Positions 19,690 to 30,929 are shown, counted from the whole stretch's first letter. The stretch is 60,936 nucleotides of DNA, filler included, from 5 parts of 5 records of this genome joined end to end with filler, not necessarily neighbours in it; one strand, 5' to 3'. Notes: generated from the sequence alone by a model not told the origin. Numbers and translations are program-made.

Positions 19690-21723
19690 ATGAAAAAATA
19701 CATAAGTTTTATTTACAAATTCAAAAAAACGTTGATGGCAATTTTCATTTTGATTAATTTAACTGCAATTTTCGGCATCACTCAGATTAAGATCGCAACC
19801 ACATTTGATATATTCAAAACTGAAAATAGCCAGTATATAAAAAACCAAAAATTATTGGAAGAAAACTTCCCATCATCTGATCAGATGATTGTAATCACCG
19901 AGTATAGCAAAAATAAAGAAGATATAATTATTGATTTTGAAGAAAAGGTGTCAGAATTAGTCGGTGTAAAATTTGTTAAGGGCTTAAAAGACAGCGAAAC
20001 TGCATTACCTTTTGACATTAATGAGTTATCACCAATCAAAGAAGTTGATGGACAATCTTATGCTGTATTGACGATATTCCCAAATGACCAATTTAGCTTT
20101 TCACAATTAAAAATTTTGGAAGAACATTTGGATTCTACTGGTCTTGAACATTACATCGGTGGCGACAAGTATATGCAAAACAAAATCTTTGACTATCTTT
20201 TGTTTATATTATTAGGTATTTTACCATTTGCAATCTTTATTTTATTCAATATATTTAGAATTCAAATGAGATCAGTCAAAGCAACTATGCTTTCCATACT
20301 TCCTGCAGTAACTGCGGCTCTTTGGACGCTTGGATTTGCTGGCCTTATAGGAAACGAGATTTCTATACTTACAGTACTAGCTCCAATATTCACAATTATT
20401 ATTGGTAGTGCGGATGGATTGCATTTCATTTCTCATGTTCAAGAATTTTTAGGCGAAAAACATAGTATGCGTGATAGTCTAACAAAATCACTTTCTATGG
20501 TTGGTGTTCCGATGATTATTACCACAGTAACCTCAGTTGCTGGATTCATCGCTTTACTATTTATGAATACTAAAGCAATATTTGATCTTGCGATATTTGC
20601 CTCAATCGGGATTACACTTGCTGGAATTATCACTTGGGTAGTATTACCAACAATTAATAGTTTAGAAAAAATTGACGTGAAAAAGAAGAGCTCTTCAAAT
20701 GGCATCACAATTCCATTTAATAAGCTATTTGGTTCACCCTCAATTATTATTGTTGCTGTTCTTTTAATCGTTTCAATCTTCGGAATTCCTAAAGTTAACA
20801 CAGAGTTTAATCAATTAATGATGTACAAAAATAGCACAGAAGTCAATAAGAGTTTTGAAAAAATAATGAGCATAAACGGAGGTACTGTACCGTTTTTTGC
20901 ATTGATAGAAAATAGCGGAAATCCGTTAGGACAAGATGTTTCTGATAAAGCTAATGATTTTTCAAATGACTTGCTTAATAGTAATCATGTAAGCAAAGTG
21001 ATGTCTATTTATAGTGTAAGCGAAATCATCAAAGATAACTTGCCAGAAGGAATGCCACCAAGTTTACTTAACATATCCGATATGGATATATATGACGAGA
21101 TGGTCAACGATAAGTATTCAAAGATAGTTATATTCCCATCTGATTTGAACAATGAGACAATTGAAAATATCGTTGCAATAGCTAATGATTATGACAATAT
21201 TTTATTAACAGGAACACAACTTACTATGCATGAGCTAAATAAACAAATGATTGCTGGACAAAAGACAAGTCTACTTATTGCGTTTATTATCGTTTTTATA
21301 GCCTTATTAATCAGCCTAAGGAAGATAATTTTAAGTTTAGTATCAATGTTGCCGATTCTCGCAACAACTATTTGTCTTTTTGCCTTTCTTGGATTCTCGG
21401 GAGTATCTCTAAACCTATTCACAACCACACTATTTAGCATAACAATCGGCGTTGGTATAGATTATGCTATACACTTCACGTCGATTTATAATCAATATAA
21501 ATCAACTGGACTATCCAGTGAATCGGCAGTTGCTCAAGCATATGCATTTTCTTCTAGACCCATCATTGCAAATGCACTTGGATTCTCGCTAGGTCTAACA
21601 GCATTGATGTTTTCACCACTAAGAGTTCACTTATATATTTCATTACTCATGTGGGTTTCTATGGTATTATCATCAACTCTTAGTTTATCATTCTTGCCAA
21701 CAATTTTAAAGAAAATGAAATAA
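19690..21723 (+). CDS. MMPL/RND-family transporter
   Basis: Two RND halves, GSADGLHF and GVGIDYAIHF. Confidence 0.9.
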   Translation: MKKYISFIYKFKKTLMAIFILINLTAIFGITQIKIATTFDIFKTENSQYIKNQKLLEENFPSSDQMIVITEYSKNKEDIIIDFEEKVSELVGVKFVKGLKDSETALPFDINELSPIKEVDGQSYAVLTIFPNDQFSFSQLKILEEHLDSTGLEHYIGGDKYMQNKIFDYLLFILLGILPFAIFILFNIFRIQMRSVKATMLSILPAVTAALWTLGFAGLIGNEISILTVLAPIFTIIIGSADGLHFISHVQEFLGEKHSMRDSLTKSLSMVGVPMIITTVTSVAGFIALLFMNTKAIFDLAIFASIGITLAGIITWVVLPTINSLEKIDVKKKSSSNGITIPFNKLFGSPSIIIVAVLLIVSIFGIPKVNTEFNQLMMYKNSTEVNKSFEKIMSINGGTVPFFALIENSGNPLGQDVSDKANDFSNDLLNSNHVSKVMSIYSVSEIIKDNLPEGMPPSLLNISDMDIYDEMVNDKYSKIVIFPSDLNNETIENIVAIANDYDNILLTGTQLTMHELNKQMIAGQKTSLLIAFIIVFIALLISLRKIILSLVSMLPILATTICLFAFLGFSGVSLNLFTTTLFSITIGVGIDYAIHFTSIYNQYKSTGLSSESAVAQAYAFSSRPIIANALGFSLGLTALMFSPLRVHLYISLLMWVSMVLSSTLSLSFLPTILKKMK

Positions 21724-22146
21724 CTTAATAGCTTTGATATATTATTAACCTTATAATTATTGCTGATAGTGTAAAGCTTAGATTCGAACACCAATATAAG
21801 CTTACTAATAAATTGCATCTCTTTATCTCTACAGAAAACGCACTATCTAATATAGAGCTCATATATGTTGTCGGATTTGGACACGACTTTCTTCTTCTGC
21901 CTATGGCAGCGCTCGCTTTAGTCAAATCCTTTCGGTTTATATGCTTCAAGCAATTCTTTTGGATCAGGTTTTGCATATTGAACAATAGAAAAAAGAAAGC
22001 CTCAAGTATATTAAGTCCCTCCTCATAAATCAAATACTCCTCCTAATAAACATCGTGTAACCCAACTATATAAACGAAATAAGAGATTCCACATACAAAC
22101 ATCTTATGCTATAATAAATATTGTTGGAAATAATTAGGAGTGTTGT

Positions 22147-24207
22147 ATGATTTCAAATGTTGCCTATTTCTTATCACTGTTTTGTATCATAGCAGCGGTG
22201 AGTTTTACTTTATACGCCATTATTGTCATATCAGACAATCGTTCATCTATTGCTTATTGGGTATTTGCTGTCGCATGCCTATCTATAGCTATGTGGGCTT
22301 TTGGTTTCGCCATCAGCTATAGTGCTTTTACGCAAGCGTCCGCATTGTTCTGGAGGCGTTTTAGCACTATAGGACTCTGTAGCTTTTACTCATTACTTGT
22401 TCACTACCTACTACTGCGCATAAAAAATCTATCCTTTGTAAAAAAACCTCTGTTTTGCATACTGTTCTATGCACACAGTATCATTCTCACACTGTTATTT
22501 GCCACGCCATTGTTTGGGATAGGTTATCAGCCAAATATAATCTCTACACCTTGGGGTTGGTCTAGCCATTATACCTTTAGCACCCATTACATATTCTTCT
22601 ATATTTATTACATTATCTGCAGTCTTATTGTTTTATTTTTATTGAACATGGGAAGCAGACATTCTCACAACCAAAAGCAAAAGCGTCAATACCGAATTTT
22701 CTTGATTTATATTGGCATTGCTATATTACTGGGTTCTCTGACAGACGTTATCTTACAGGCCGTCCTTAATGATTTCCTCCAAGTCAGCCCCATAATCATC
22801 ATGTTCCCACTCTCTTACGCCCTCTTTAAAATAGGTCGCCAAGGAACATTCAAACATTCCCCCAGAGAAGACGCTACCAAAATCATTACAGATGAATTCG
22901 GTATAGTTTTCCACGATCAACTTCATATACCTTTTTTAATTGGTGCTGCCATTGCCTTTATTAGGGAGTGGCTGATTTATGATACCCAAAAATGGTATGC
23001 AGCAGCTCTTACCTTAACGATAGCTGGAGTTGGACTCATGGTCAGAGCTATTCTTAAGTCCATCCAATCCGAAAGTGTAAAAGACAATCAGGTTACCTTC
23101 TTCATTTCCCTCCTCGTTCCTATCTTAACTTTTCACGGTATGGCTCTTAACCAATCCTCATTATGGGCTTTACCTTTGGTTTACATGACTTTTTTCATAT
23201 TATACAATAGCCGAAAAATGATGCTAGCCCTTTCTTCTTCTATACTAATCAGCTACATAGCAACCATCTTCATCCTACCGGAACAAACCCTTAATCTTAC
23301 AATATCCGACCATTTTTTTAGGTTGTTTATCTATATACTGTTCCTTGGTAGCACCCTTGTTGTAACACGTTATAACCTAAAGCGCCTTAGACAGTTCAAC
23401 AACCAGCTAGCCAGTAACCAGCTCATTGCAGCTGTATCTACCATGGTAGTTCAGGCAGGTCATGATGATTTCGATATGACTATCAACAATGTTTTAGACA
23501 ATATTGGCAACTTTTTCGAGGCTGATAGAAGTCATTTCTTTGTAACCCGTAATGATAGCACTATACTCTATCATAGTAACGAATGGTACAGAAAAGCAGT
23601 CAATCAATCTAAACCGGACCAAAATTATCCGGACTTGTCAGAAGCCCAGTGGCTCTATAAACAGCTAATAACCAAAAAATTTATCTCCATAACAACTACC
23701 GATGACCTTCCAGAAGAAGCAGGTCTGGAACACCATATACTCAACAAGCATGGCATCCGCTCCTGCTATGCCGTCGGACTCTTTGAGCAAAGCGCTTTAA
23801 TCGGTGTGATACAGCTAGATTTCATGTCTACTGAAAGCAATTGGAACGGTACCAAGCGAAGAACCCTGCTGATTCTTGGCAACATTCTCTCTGATGCCTT
23901 ATCCAGACATTTTAGTGAATCAAAAATTACTGAACTGGCTTTTTACGATCAATTGACAGGTCTAGCCAACAGAGAGCTATTCCGAATGTCTATAAACAAG
24001 GCCCTAGCAAATACAGACCGTGATAATGGTATCTGTCTGGTTATGTTGGACTTGGATGGTTTTAAGAATGTCAATGATACTCTAGGACATGACATGGGTG
24101 ATTCACTGCTGATACAGGTAGCAAGACGTATGCAGCATCATCTGAAGACCACAGAGAGTATCAGCCGATTTGGCGGTGATGAATTCATGTTGCTATACAC
24201 TGACATC
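22147..24207 (+). CDS. membrane diguanylate cyclase (7TM-type N-terminus, further TMs, GAF, GGDEF), 3'-truncated
   Basis: YDQLTGLANR, DLDGFKNVNDTLGH and RFGGDEF motifs; GAF-like segment upstream. Confidence 0.9.
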
Positions 24208-24307
24208 NNNNNNNNNNNNNNNNNNNNNNNNNNNNNNNNNNNNNNNNNNNNTTAATTAATTAANNNNNNNNNNNNNNNNNNNNNNNNNNNNNNNNNNNNN
24301 NNNNNNN
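24208..24307. other. artificial contig linker
   Basis: N44-TTAATTAATTAA-N44. Confidence 0.98.
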
Positions 24308-26386
24308 GAAATTTTTAGAAAAAACAAAAAGAACAGCACTATTTATGTGATAGCGTGCATTGTGCTTATAAAACTAGTTTTAATGGGTTTGTTTTCATCA
24401 GATTTTCAAAACGCAATGTTTAAACCGTTTACTAGTTTTTTTGTGGATAATCTTTTACAGTTAAAATTGATAAACCCATACGAACTATTAAAGGATCAAT
24501 CAAAACTATTTCCTTATCCGCCAATGATGCTTTTTATACAAAGCATGGGTGCTTTGCTTTCAAGGATAGCGCCTAATTCGGTTTTTTTGAATAATATTCT
24601 TTTTAAAATCCCTCTGCTTGCTTTTGATGTTTTAGGGTTGCATTATCTTTTTTCTATATGTAAAGATAAAAAAAGAGATGCTATACTCTACTATTTTCTA
24701 TCGCCTATTATCATATATGCGTGTTTAATGCATGGACAATTGGATATTATACCGACTGTGCTTTTATTTGGAGCCATCTGTTATTTAACAGTGCTAGATA
24801 AAAAAAGCGATATTAAATTTATGCTTATGCTGTTTTTGGCGCTTTCTTGTAAGCTGCATATTTTAGCCATTACACCGGTTTTGTTTATGTATATATATAA
24901 ACGCGAAAGCTTTAAAAAAGCAGTTTATTTATTAAGTGTGCCAATTTTGTTAACAGCGTTGGTCATTGTTCCCTTTTGGGGACAAGGAATGCTGAAAAAT
25001 GTACTTCTTAATAGTGAACAATCACTGCTTACCGCTTTTAGTTTTTCTTTTGGATATGTAAAGTTATATATCCCTGTTTTGGTTTTTATGTTTGTATATT
25101 TTAAAATATTGACAATACCAAGAATCAACAAAGATCTATTATACAGCTTGTCAGGATTGATTTTTACTCTGTTTTTAGCGTTAGTACCCCCTATGCCAGG
25201 TTGGTATATTTGGATAATTCCGTTTTTATCAATTTTCTTTGTCAACCTAAGTGTAAAAAAATCTTGGGCAAAGCTTGTGATTATTTCGTTAAATCTGGTA
25301 TATCTGATTTACTTTATTTTAATACACAACACGGTACATACTGATTTGTACTTTTTAAATAATTCGCTTGATATGATTAAAATCAATGATGAGCTGATCT
25401 CAAACACTGTGTTTACGGTATTGACATCCATCTTGATTTTTGCAACATATCTTATGTATAAGTTTGGAATAATAAGCAATTCTCTATACAAGTTTAATCA
25501 TTCATTTATGATAGGATTATCAGGAGACAGCGGAAGCGGCAAGACTAACTTGCTAAATAGGATGCATACTGTTTTTGGTGGAAAAAACTTACTTGTTATT
25601 GAAGGTGACGGAGATCATAAGTGGGAGCGCGGCGATGATATGTGGAGCCATTATACGCATCTTAACCCTAAGGCTAATCAAATTTATAGACAAGCAAACG
25701 ATATAAACGATTTACGATTAGGCAAAGCAGTAGTTAGAAATATATACAAACACGATACAGGGAAATTTGATCATTCTAATGTGTTTGATCCAAAACAATT
25801 TGTTGTGTTAGCGGGGCTGCATTCTTTGTATCTTCCCCAAATCCGAAACAGCTTAGACTTAAAGGTTTTTTTGGATTTAGATGAAAACTTAAGAAGGCTT
25901 TGGAAGATAAGACGTGATACTGAAAAAAGAGGTTATTCAATAGATGAGGTTATTAAAAGCATTGAAGATAGATTAGAAGATAGCGAAAAGTATATAAGAC
26001 CTCAAAAGAAACATGCGGATATCATTATTAGAGTCTTTGATGATAAGCTTACTGATTATACGGATTTAAATTATAAGGAGAATTTAAGCTTAGAAGTCTC
26101 TATTGTGTCGTCCGAAAACATAGAAAAGCTTATAGACTGTGTAGTGGCTTTTGGTATAGATGTGAGATTTGACTTTGAAAAAGAATCGGATAAACAGACT
26201 ATTATATTTACAGGGCAAGGGCTAAACAACAAAGATATTGATATCGTTCTTAGCTCAAGTGAAATTATTCCGCACATTGATGATATTGTGACTATAAGAG
26301 AAAATGAAGAGAATAATCTCAACAATATAATTTTACTTCTGCTGTTAATCACAATTGATTATAAGATGAGACGAGGTATACGCTAA
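24308..26386 (+). CDS. fusion of a GT-C-type membrane glycosyltransferase and a phosphoribulokinase/uridine-kinase domain; frame open to the contig edge
   Basis: N-terminal multi-TM part with FPYPP, KIPLLAFD, HGQLDIIP; C-terminal GDSGSGKT, THLNPKAN, YKHDTG, GLH, WKIRRDTEKRGYS, YIRPQKKHAD. Confidence 0.8.
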   Translation, partial: EIFRKNKKNSTIYVIACIVLIKLVLMGLFSSDFQNAMFKPFTSFFVDNLLQLKLINPYELLKDQSKLFPYPPMMLFIQSMGALLSRIAPNSVFLNNILFKIPLLAFDVLGLHYLFSICKDKKRDAILYYFLSPIIIYACLMHGQLDIIPTVLLFGAICYLTVLDKKSDIKFMLMLFLALSCKLHILAITPVLFMYIYKRESFKKAVYLLSVPILLTALVIVPFWGQGMLKNVLLNSEQSLLTAFSFSFGYVKLYIPVLVFMFVYFKILTIPRINKDLLYSLSGLIFTLFLALVPPMPGWYIWIIPFLSIFFVNLSVKKSWAKLVIISLNLVYLIYFILIHNTVHTDLYFLNNSLDMIKINDELISNTVFTVLTSILIFATYLMYKFGIISNSLYKFNHSFMIGLSGDSGSGKTNLLNRMHTVFGGKNLLVIEGDGDHKWERGDDMWSHYTHLNPKANQIYRQANDINDLRLGKAVVRNIYKHDTGKFDHSNVFDPKQFVVLAGLHSLYLPQIRNSLDLKVFLDLDENLRRLWKIRRDTEKRGYSIDEVIKSIEDRLEDSEKYIRPQKKHADIIIRVFDDKLTDYTDLNYKENLSLEVSIVSSENIEKLIDCVVAFGIDVRFDFEKESDKQTIIFTGQGLNNKDIDIVLSSSEIIPHIDDIVTIRENEENNLNNIILLLLLITIDYKMRRGIR

Positions 26387-27072
26387 TGATTAGTGGAATT
26401 GTTTTTGATTTAGATGACACACTATATGATTATAAATCTCATAACGAGCCAGCTATTGATATGGCGATTAAATATTGCGCAAGCAAAACAGGAAAGAGAT
26501 TTGAAGACTGTAAAAATGCTTTCAATGTTTCTAGGAAAGAGACAAAAGAGATTTTAGGCGATGTTGCTGCCTGCCATAATAGACTCATATATTTTCAAAA
26601 AACTTTGGAGATGCTTGGTTTAAGACCAGCGAGTATAGCCTTAGAGATGTATGAGGAATATTGGGGGTATCTTTTATCTAACATAAAGCTAAACGACGGA
26701 GCAAAGGAATTGCTTGATTTTTGCAAGCAGAGCGGAGTTCGCATTGGGATATGTACAGATTTAACTGCGCATATACAGCATAGGAAGTTAAGAAAGCTAG
26801 AAATAGTTGATTATATTGATGTGTTGGTTACAAGCGAAGAAGCTGGCGCGGAAAAGCCGAATATGCGCATGTTTGAGCTTGTGAATAAAAAGATGCATAC
26901 AGAAAAAAACAAAACATGGTTTGTTGGAGACAGTATTAAAAAAGATGTTCTTGGTGCAAGAGAATTTGGCTACACTTCGTTTTACTACTCTAGTAGTTTG
27001 GAAAAATGCCAAGATGAAAAAGCTTATGATTTTAGCACACTATTAGATGCTTTAAAAAACAAGATAGGTTAG
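26386..27072 (+). CDS. HAD-superfamily phosphatase
   Basis: FDLDDTL, EKPN and VGDSIKKD motifs; TAATG coupling to the fusion gene. Confidence 0.9.
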   Translation: MISGIVFDLDDTLYDYKSHNEPAIDMAIKYCASKTGKRFEDCKNAFNVSRKETKEILGDVAACHNRLIYFQKTLEMLGLRPASIALEMYEEYWGYLLSNIKLNDGAKELLDFCKQSGVRIGICTDLTAHIQHRKLRKLEIVDYIDVLVTSEEAGAEKPNMRMFELVNKKMHTEKNKTWFVGDSIKKDVLGAREFGYTSFYYSSSLEKCQDEKAYDFSTLLDALKNKIG

Positions 27073-27085
27073 GGTAAAAAAAAGA

Positions 27086-27790
27086 ATGAATATGTCGATT
27101 GTTGTTCCTTGTTATAACGAAGAAAAAAACTTGAGCCTTATTTTAGAAAGGTTTAGCCAAGTTATTAAAGATGAAGCTATTGAAGTTGTTTTGGTCGATA
27201 ATGGTTCATCAGATGGAACCGAAGGTGAACTTGAAAAATTACTCCCTCATTACCCTTTTGCAAGAACAATTAAAGTAGAGGTTAATAAAGGTTATGGTTA
27301 TGGAATACTGCAGGGTCTTAAGTCTTGTAGTTCTAAATATATTGGGTGGACACATGCCGATATGCAGACAGACCCAAAAGACGTTATTTTAGCCTACAAT
27401 ATGATTGAAGAAAGAGGTTTTTCAGAAAATCTTTATCTTAAGGGTAACCGTAAAGGAAGAGGTCTTTTTGATAATATATTTACTTTTGGTATGAGTGCTT
27501 TTGAAACCATTTATCTTAAAAAGAAGCTTTTTGATATAAATGCGCAGCCAAATTTATTTTCTAAATCTTTTTTTGACAAATGGCAAGATCCACCTTTTGA
27601 TTTTTCTTTGGATCTATATGCCCTATATATGGCCAGAGAAAAGAATATTGAAATTATAAGGTTTGATGTATTGTTTCCTGAAAGAATACATGGAACATCG
27701 CATTGGAACAACAGCTTAAAGGATAAGTGGAAGTTTATAAAAAGAACTGTAGATTTTAGCACCAAGCTTAAAAGGAGAGGACTAAAGTAA
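27086..27790 (+). CDS. GT2 polyprenol-phosphate glycosyltransferase (DPM1-like)
   Basis: VVPCYNEE, VDNGSSD, NKGYGYG, HADMQTDP. Confidence 0.9.
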   Translation: MNMSIVVPCYNEEKNLSLILERFSQVIKDEAIEVVLVDNGSSDGTEGELEKLLPHYPFARTIKVEVNKGYGYGILQGLKSCSSKYIGWTHADMQTDPKDVILAYNMIEERGFSENLYLKGNRKGRGLFDNIFTFGMSAFETIYLKKKLFDINAQPNLFSKSFFDKWQDPPFDFSLDLYALYMAREKNIEIIRFDVLFPERIHGTSHWNNSLKDKWKFIKRTVDFSTKLKRRGLK

Positions 27791-27793
27791 GTT

Positions 27794-28399
27794 ATGGAAT
27801 ATATTGCTCATAGAATTAATACTTTGGATGAACTAAAAGCATTGGATACCATGTACGGTGTTGAAATAGATTTAAGAGATGATACAAATGGAAGAATATA
27901 TATTTCGCATGACCCATTTATTAAGGGTGAGGATTTTGAAACGTATTTAAAGCATTATAATCATGGAACGATGATTGCTAATATTAAAAGCGAAAGAATA
28001 GAGCACAAGGTAAAAGAATTACTTGATCAATATGGTGTGGAAAAATATTTTTTCTTAGATTCCAGCTTTCCTATGATAAAGCTCTTATCTGATATGGGTG
28101 AAGAGAATATAGCTGTTAGATATTCTGAATTTGAAGGTATGGACACACTTTATGTTATGAGCGGAAAAGTAAAGTGGGTTTGGGTTGATTGTTTTACAAA
28201 ATTGCCGCTTACAAAGAAAATTGAACAAGAAATGCATAAATTAGGTTATAAAATATGTATTGTATCACCAGAGCTTCAAAAACAACCAGAAAAAATTGTG
28301 GAATATCGAGATATGCTACATAAAAATAATATCAAAATTGATGCAGTATGCTCTAAAATTTACAATATGGATACTTGGAAAAGCGATAAACAAAAATAG
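27794..28399 (+). CDS. GDPD/PLC-like phosphodiesterase-fold protein
   Basis: IAHRIN, GVEIDLRD, SHDPF and CIVSPELQ motifs. Confidence 0.75.
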   Translation: MEYIAHRINTLDELKALDTMYGVEIDLRDDTNGRIYISHDPFIKGEDFETYLKHYNHGTMIANIKSERIEHKVKELLDQYGVEKYFFLDSSFPMIKLLSDMGEENIAVRYSEFEGMDTLYVMSGKVKWVWVDCFTKLPLTKKIEQEMHKLGYKICIVSPELQKQPEKIVEYRDMLHKNNIKIDAVCSKIYNMDTWKSDKQK

Positions 28400-28454
28400 T
28401 ACGAAATAACACGTACTATTAATATAAAACTACTTTTATAGGTGTACCCTATTT

Positions 28455-29354
28455 TTATAGCAGTGCAGTGCTAAAATATCTCTCTGCTCTATCCGCTAAA
28501 ATTGTGGAAATCACTTTATCTTCTCCATATTTTTTTGCCATCTGGGCTGCTGCCCAAACATTTGCACCAGAGGAAGTACCTACAAGTGCTCCTTGGCATG
28601 AAGTTATTTTTCTTGCTGTTTTGATGGCATCGTCATCAGTAACCTCGATTACATCATCTATAATATCGGTATCCAAAATTTTAGGAACAAAGCCATCTCC
28701 TATACCCTGAATTTTATGTAAACCGGGCTCGTGCCCTAATAGTGCCGATACGTTTTTTGGCTCAACAGCAACTATTTTTACATTTGGATTTTTTTCTTTT
28801 AGATATTTACCTACCCCAGCCAATGTACCACCGCTCCCTAAGCCAGAAACAAATATATCAACTTTTCCCTCTAATTGCTCATATATTTCTTTTCCTGTTG
28901 TAAGGTAATGAATTTCAGCATTCGCGAAATTCTCAAACTGCATAGGCATATAAACATTTCCGCTTTTTGCAAGCTCTCTTGCTTTTAAAACAGCACCATC
29001 AACATTTTCATCAGCAGGTGTTAAAACTAAATTTGCACCAAGGCTGTTTATGATTCTTTTGCGTTCTTCGCTCATGTTTTCGGGCATAACTATTGTAACC
29101 TTGTAACCCAAAAGCTTACCAGCAAGAGCCAAACCTATACCTGTGTTTCCAGAAGTAGGCTCAACAATTTCCATGCCTTGTCTTAGTTTTCCATCTTTAA
29201 TAGCAGACTGCAGCATGTGTTTTGCAATGCGATCTTTTATGCTGCCTCCCGGATTTAAAAATTCTGCTTTGGCATATATATTATATCCTGTTGTATTAAA
29301 AAGATTAAGAAGGGGCGTTCCACCTATCATATCCAACAAACTATCTGTTACCAT
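28455..29354 (-). CDS. cysK: cysteine synthase
   Basis: NPGGSIKDR (PLP Lys), EPTSGNTG, GSGGT, HKIQGIG. Confidence 0.95.
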   Translation of the reverse strand: MVTDSLLDMIGGTPLLNLFNTTGYNIYAKAEFLNPGGSIKDRIAKHMLQSAIKDGKLRQGMEIVEPTSGNTGIGLALAGKLLGYKVTIVMPENMSEERKRIINSLGANLVLTPADENVDGAVLKARELAKSGNVYMPMQFENFANAEIHYLTTGKEIYEQLEGKVDIFVSGLGSGGTLAGVGKYLKEKNPNVKIVAVEPKNVSALLGHEPGLHKIQGIGDGFVPKILDTDIIDDVIEVTDDDAIKTARKITSCQGALVGTSSGANVWAAAQMAKKYGEDKVISTILADRAERYFSTALL

Positions 29355-29421
29355 AAAAAATCCATTCCTTTCAATGTAACCATCTATATCATCAAAATAA
29401 AGCTTTCTGCTAAAAATCCTT

Positions 29422-29444
29422 AATTCTATGTATTAATAGCAATT
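29422..29444. promoter_or_regulatory. candidate Rrf2/CymR-type operator upstream of cysK
   Basis: Imperfect palindrome AATTCTAT-N6-ATAGCAATT. Confidence 0.35.
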
Positions 29445-29710
29445 TTAATCTATTTCGATTGTTTATTCAAGAATTTATTATAGTTATACTGTATTAATAT
29501 TATATAAACTATGTTACTGTTTTGTATTTTGTTTTTATAGAACGCTTGACAAATTTAATAGATAGTTTTTTAAAAAGATTATAATGAAATAGGCAAAGAG
29601 GCGGTTGGAAACATTAAAGCTGTATACATATTTGATGATATTGATCAAAGTAATGTTCCATCCGGGCTTGAAATATCTAAGTCCGATTTGCAAAAAATAT
29701 TTATTATAGG

Positions 29711-29938
29711 ATGTCAAAATTGTACAGAATAATTGTATCAAAAGCTATACCGTTGATATTGATATCATTTTTTTCATACTTGGTTCGAATAAAAGTTATT
29801 GATTATGCAATCGGTTCAATAGTAACGTTTTTGTACAGTGAAAATTATCTACTAACAGGTGTATTGCCAATGGCTTGTGTGTTTGTAGGTTTATATTTTA
29901 TAAACCGCGCGCTGATTAAAGGTGCTGAACTAAGATAA
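29711..29938 (+). CDS. small two-TM hypothetical protein
   Basis: Two hydrophobic segments; start may be TTG at 29720. Confidence 0.45.
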   Translation: MSKLYRIIVSKAIPLILISFFSYLVRIKVIDYAIGSIVTFLYSENYLLTGVLPMACVFVGLYFINRALIKGAELR

Positions 29939-30091
29939 TCATTTATAAATACTATTTTTTAAGCTATCCTCTAGGGTAGCTTTTTTAGCGTAAACCCCAT
30001 TAAACTTGACAAATATGCGTATTAGCTTCACTATATAAGTACTAATAAACTTAAAATTACAATAGATACTTTTGAAAGGAAACCATAAAAT

Positions 30092-30844
30092 ATGAGCAGA
30101 ATTGATGATTTTTATATTGATAACTATGATAAGCTTTTTGCTGTAGCTTTCCGAATGGCGGGAGATTGCGAAAAAGCAAGTGATGTTTTGCATAATTCTT
30201 ACGTTAAAGCAAAAAAGAATATAGATAAGCTTGAGGGGAAATCATCACTTTACACATGGGTTTATAGAATTGTTGTAAACGAAAGCTATAACTATTTTGA
30301 AAAGGTAAAGAGATTACCGTCTCAAAAAGCATTTGATTTTTATGGGATCACCGAAAAGGAATTTTTACGGTCGATAGATTATGAAGAAAAACTATCTGAA
30401 AGTTTAATAATTGATGAGCTAAGAGAAAAATGTCTGCAGGCATTTTTAAAATGTGTGCCTAAAAATCAAAGGGTATGTTTTATTTTAAAATGCTGTACAG
30501 ATTTTACTCATAAAGAGATAGGTGCTATTATGCAAATAACCGAGCAAAATGTAAAGGTTACATTGCATAGGGCAAGGAAAAGATTACAAGAACTGTTAGA
30601 GATGAGATGTGGACTTATAGACAAAAACAAGCCATGTAAATGTCATGTTTGGATAAAATTTATAAGAGATAATAACTTAGAATTGCCAAGCGGATATAAT
30701 CAAGTAAGAAACGAAGAGCTAAAGAAAACACACTTTAAAAATATGAGTTATATTAACAGATTAAATAAGCTGTATTATGTAGAAAATTCGATAGATAAGA
30801 ACGAATTTACTGAAAAAATAAAAGAATTATCAAAAGTTTTGTAA
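30092..30844 (+). CDS. ECF RNA polymerase sigma factor with a Cys-rich C-terminal extension
   Basis: Region 2 GKSSLYTWVYRIVVN; region 4 EIGAIMQITEQNVKVTLHRARKRL; then CGLIDKNKPCKC. Confidence 0.9.
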   Translation: MSRIDDFYIDNYDKLFAVAFRMAGDCEKASDVLHNSYVKAKKNIDKLEGKSSLYTWVYRIVVNESYNYFEKVKRLPSQKAFDFYGITEKEFLRSIDYEEKLSESLIIDELREKCLQAFLKCVPKNQRVCFILKCCTDFTHKEIGAIMQITEQNVKVTLHRARKRLQELLEMRCGLIDKNKPCKCHVWIKFIRDNNLELPSGYNQVRNEELKKTHFKNMSYINRLNKLYYVENSIDKNEFTEKIKELSKVL

Positions 30845-30868
30845 CCCTTTATCTTTCTAAACTGTCTA
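30840..30868 (+). promoter_or_regulatory. ECF-type promoter overlapping the sigma factor stop codon
   Basis: TGTAAC-N17-TGTCTA. Confidence 0.5.
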
Positions 30869-30871
30869 AGC

Positions 30872-30915
30872 AAGAACACTTTTTGGTATGGACCTTATAA
30901 GTGTTCTTTTATTTT
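30872..30915 (+). terminator. intrinsic terminator
   Basis: AAGAACACTT/AAGTGTTCTT stem plus TTATTTT. Confidence 0.7.
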
Positions 30916-30929
30916 ATAAAAGTAGAAAC

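Noticed and set aside
21725-22033. 102-aa minus-strand ORF with an AGGAGG RBS, and a KPDP-containing fragment in another frame
   Set aside because: Possibly a decayed HAD gene, but too degenerate to support a call.
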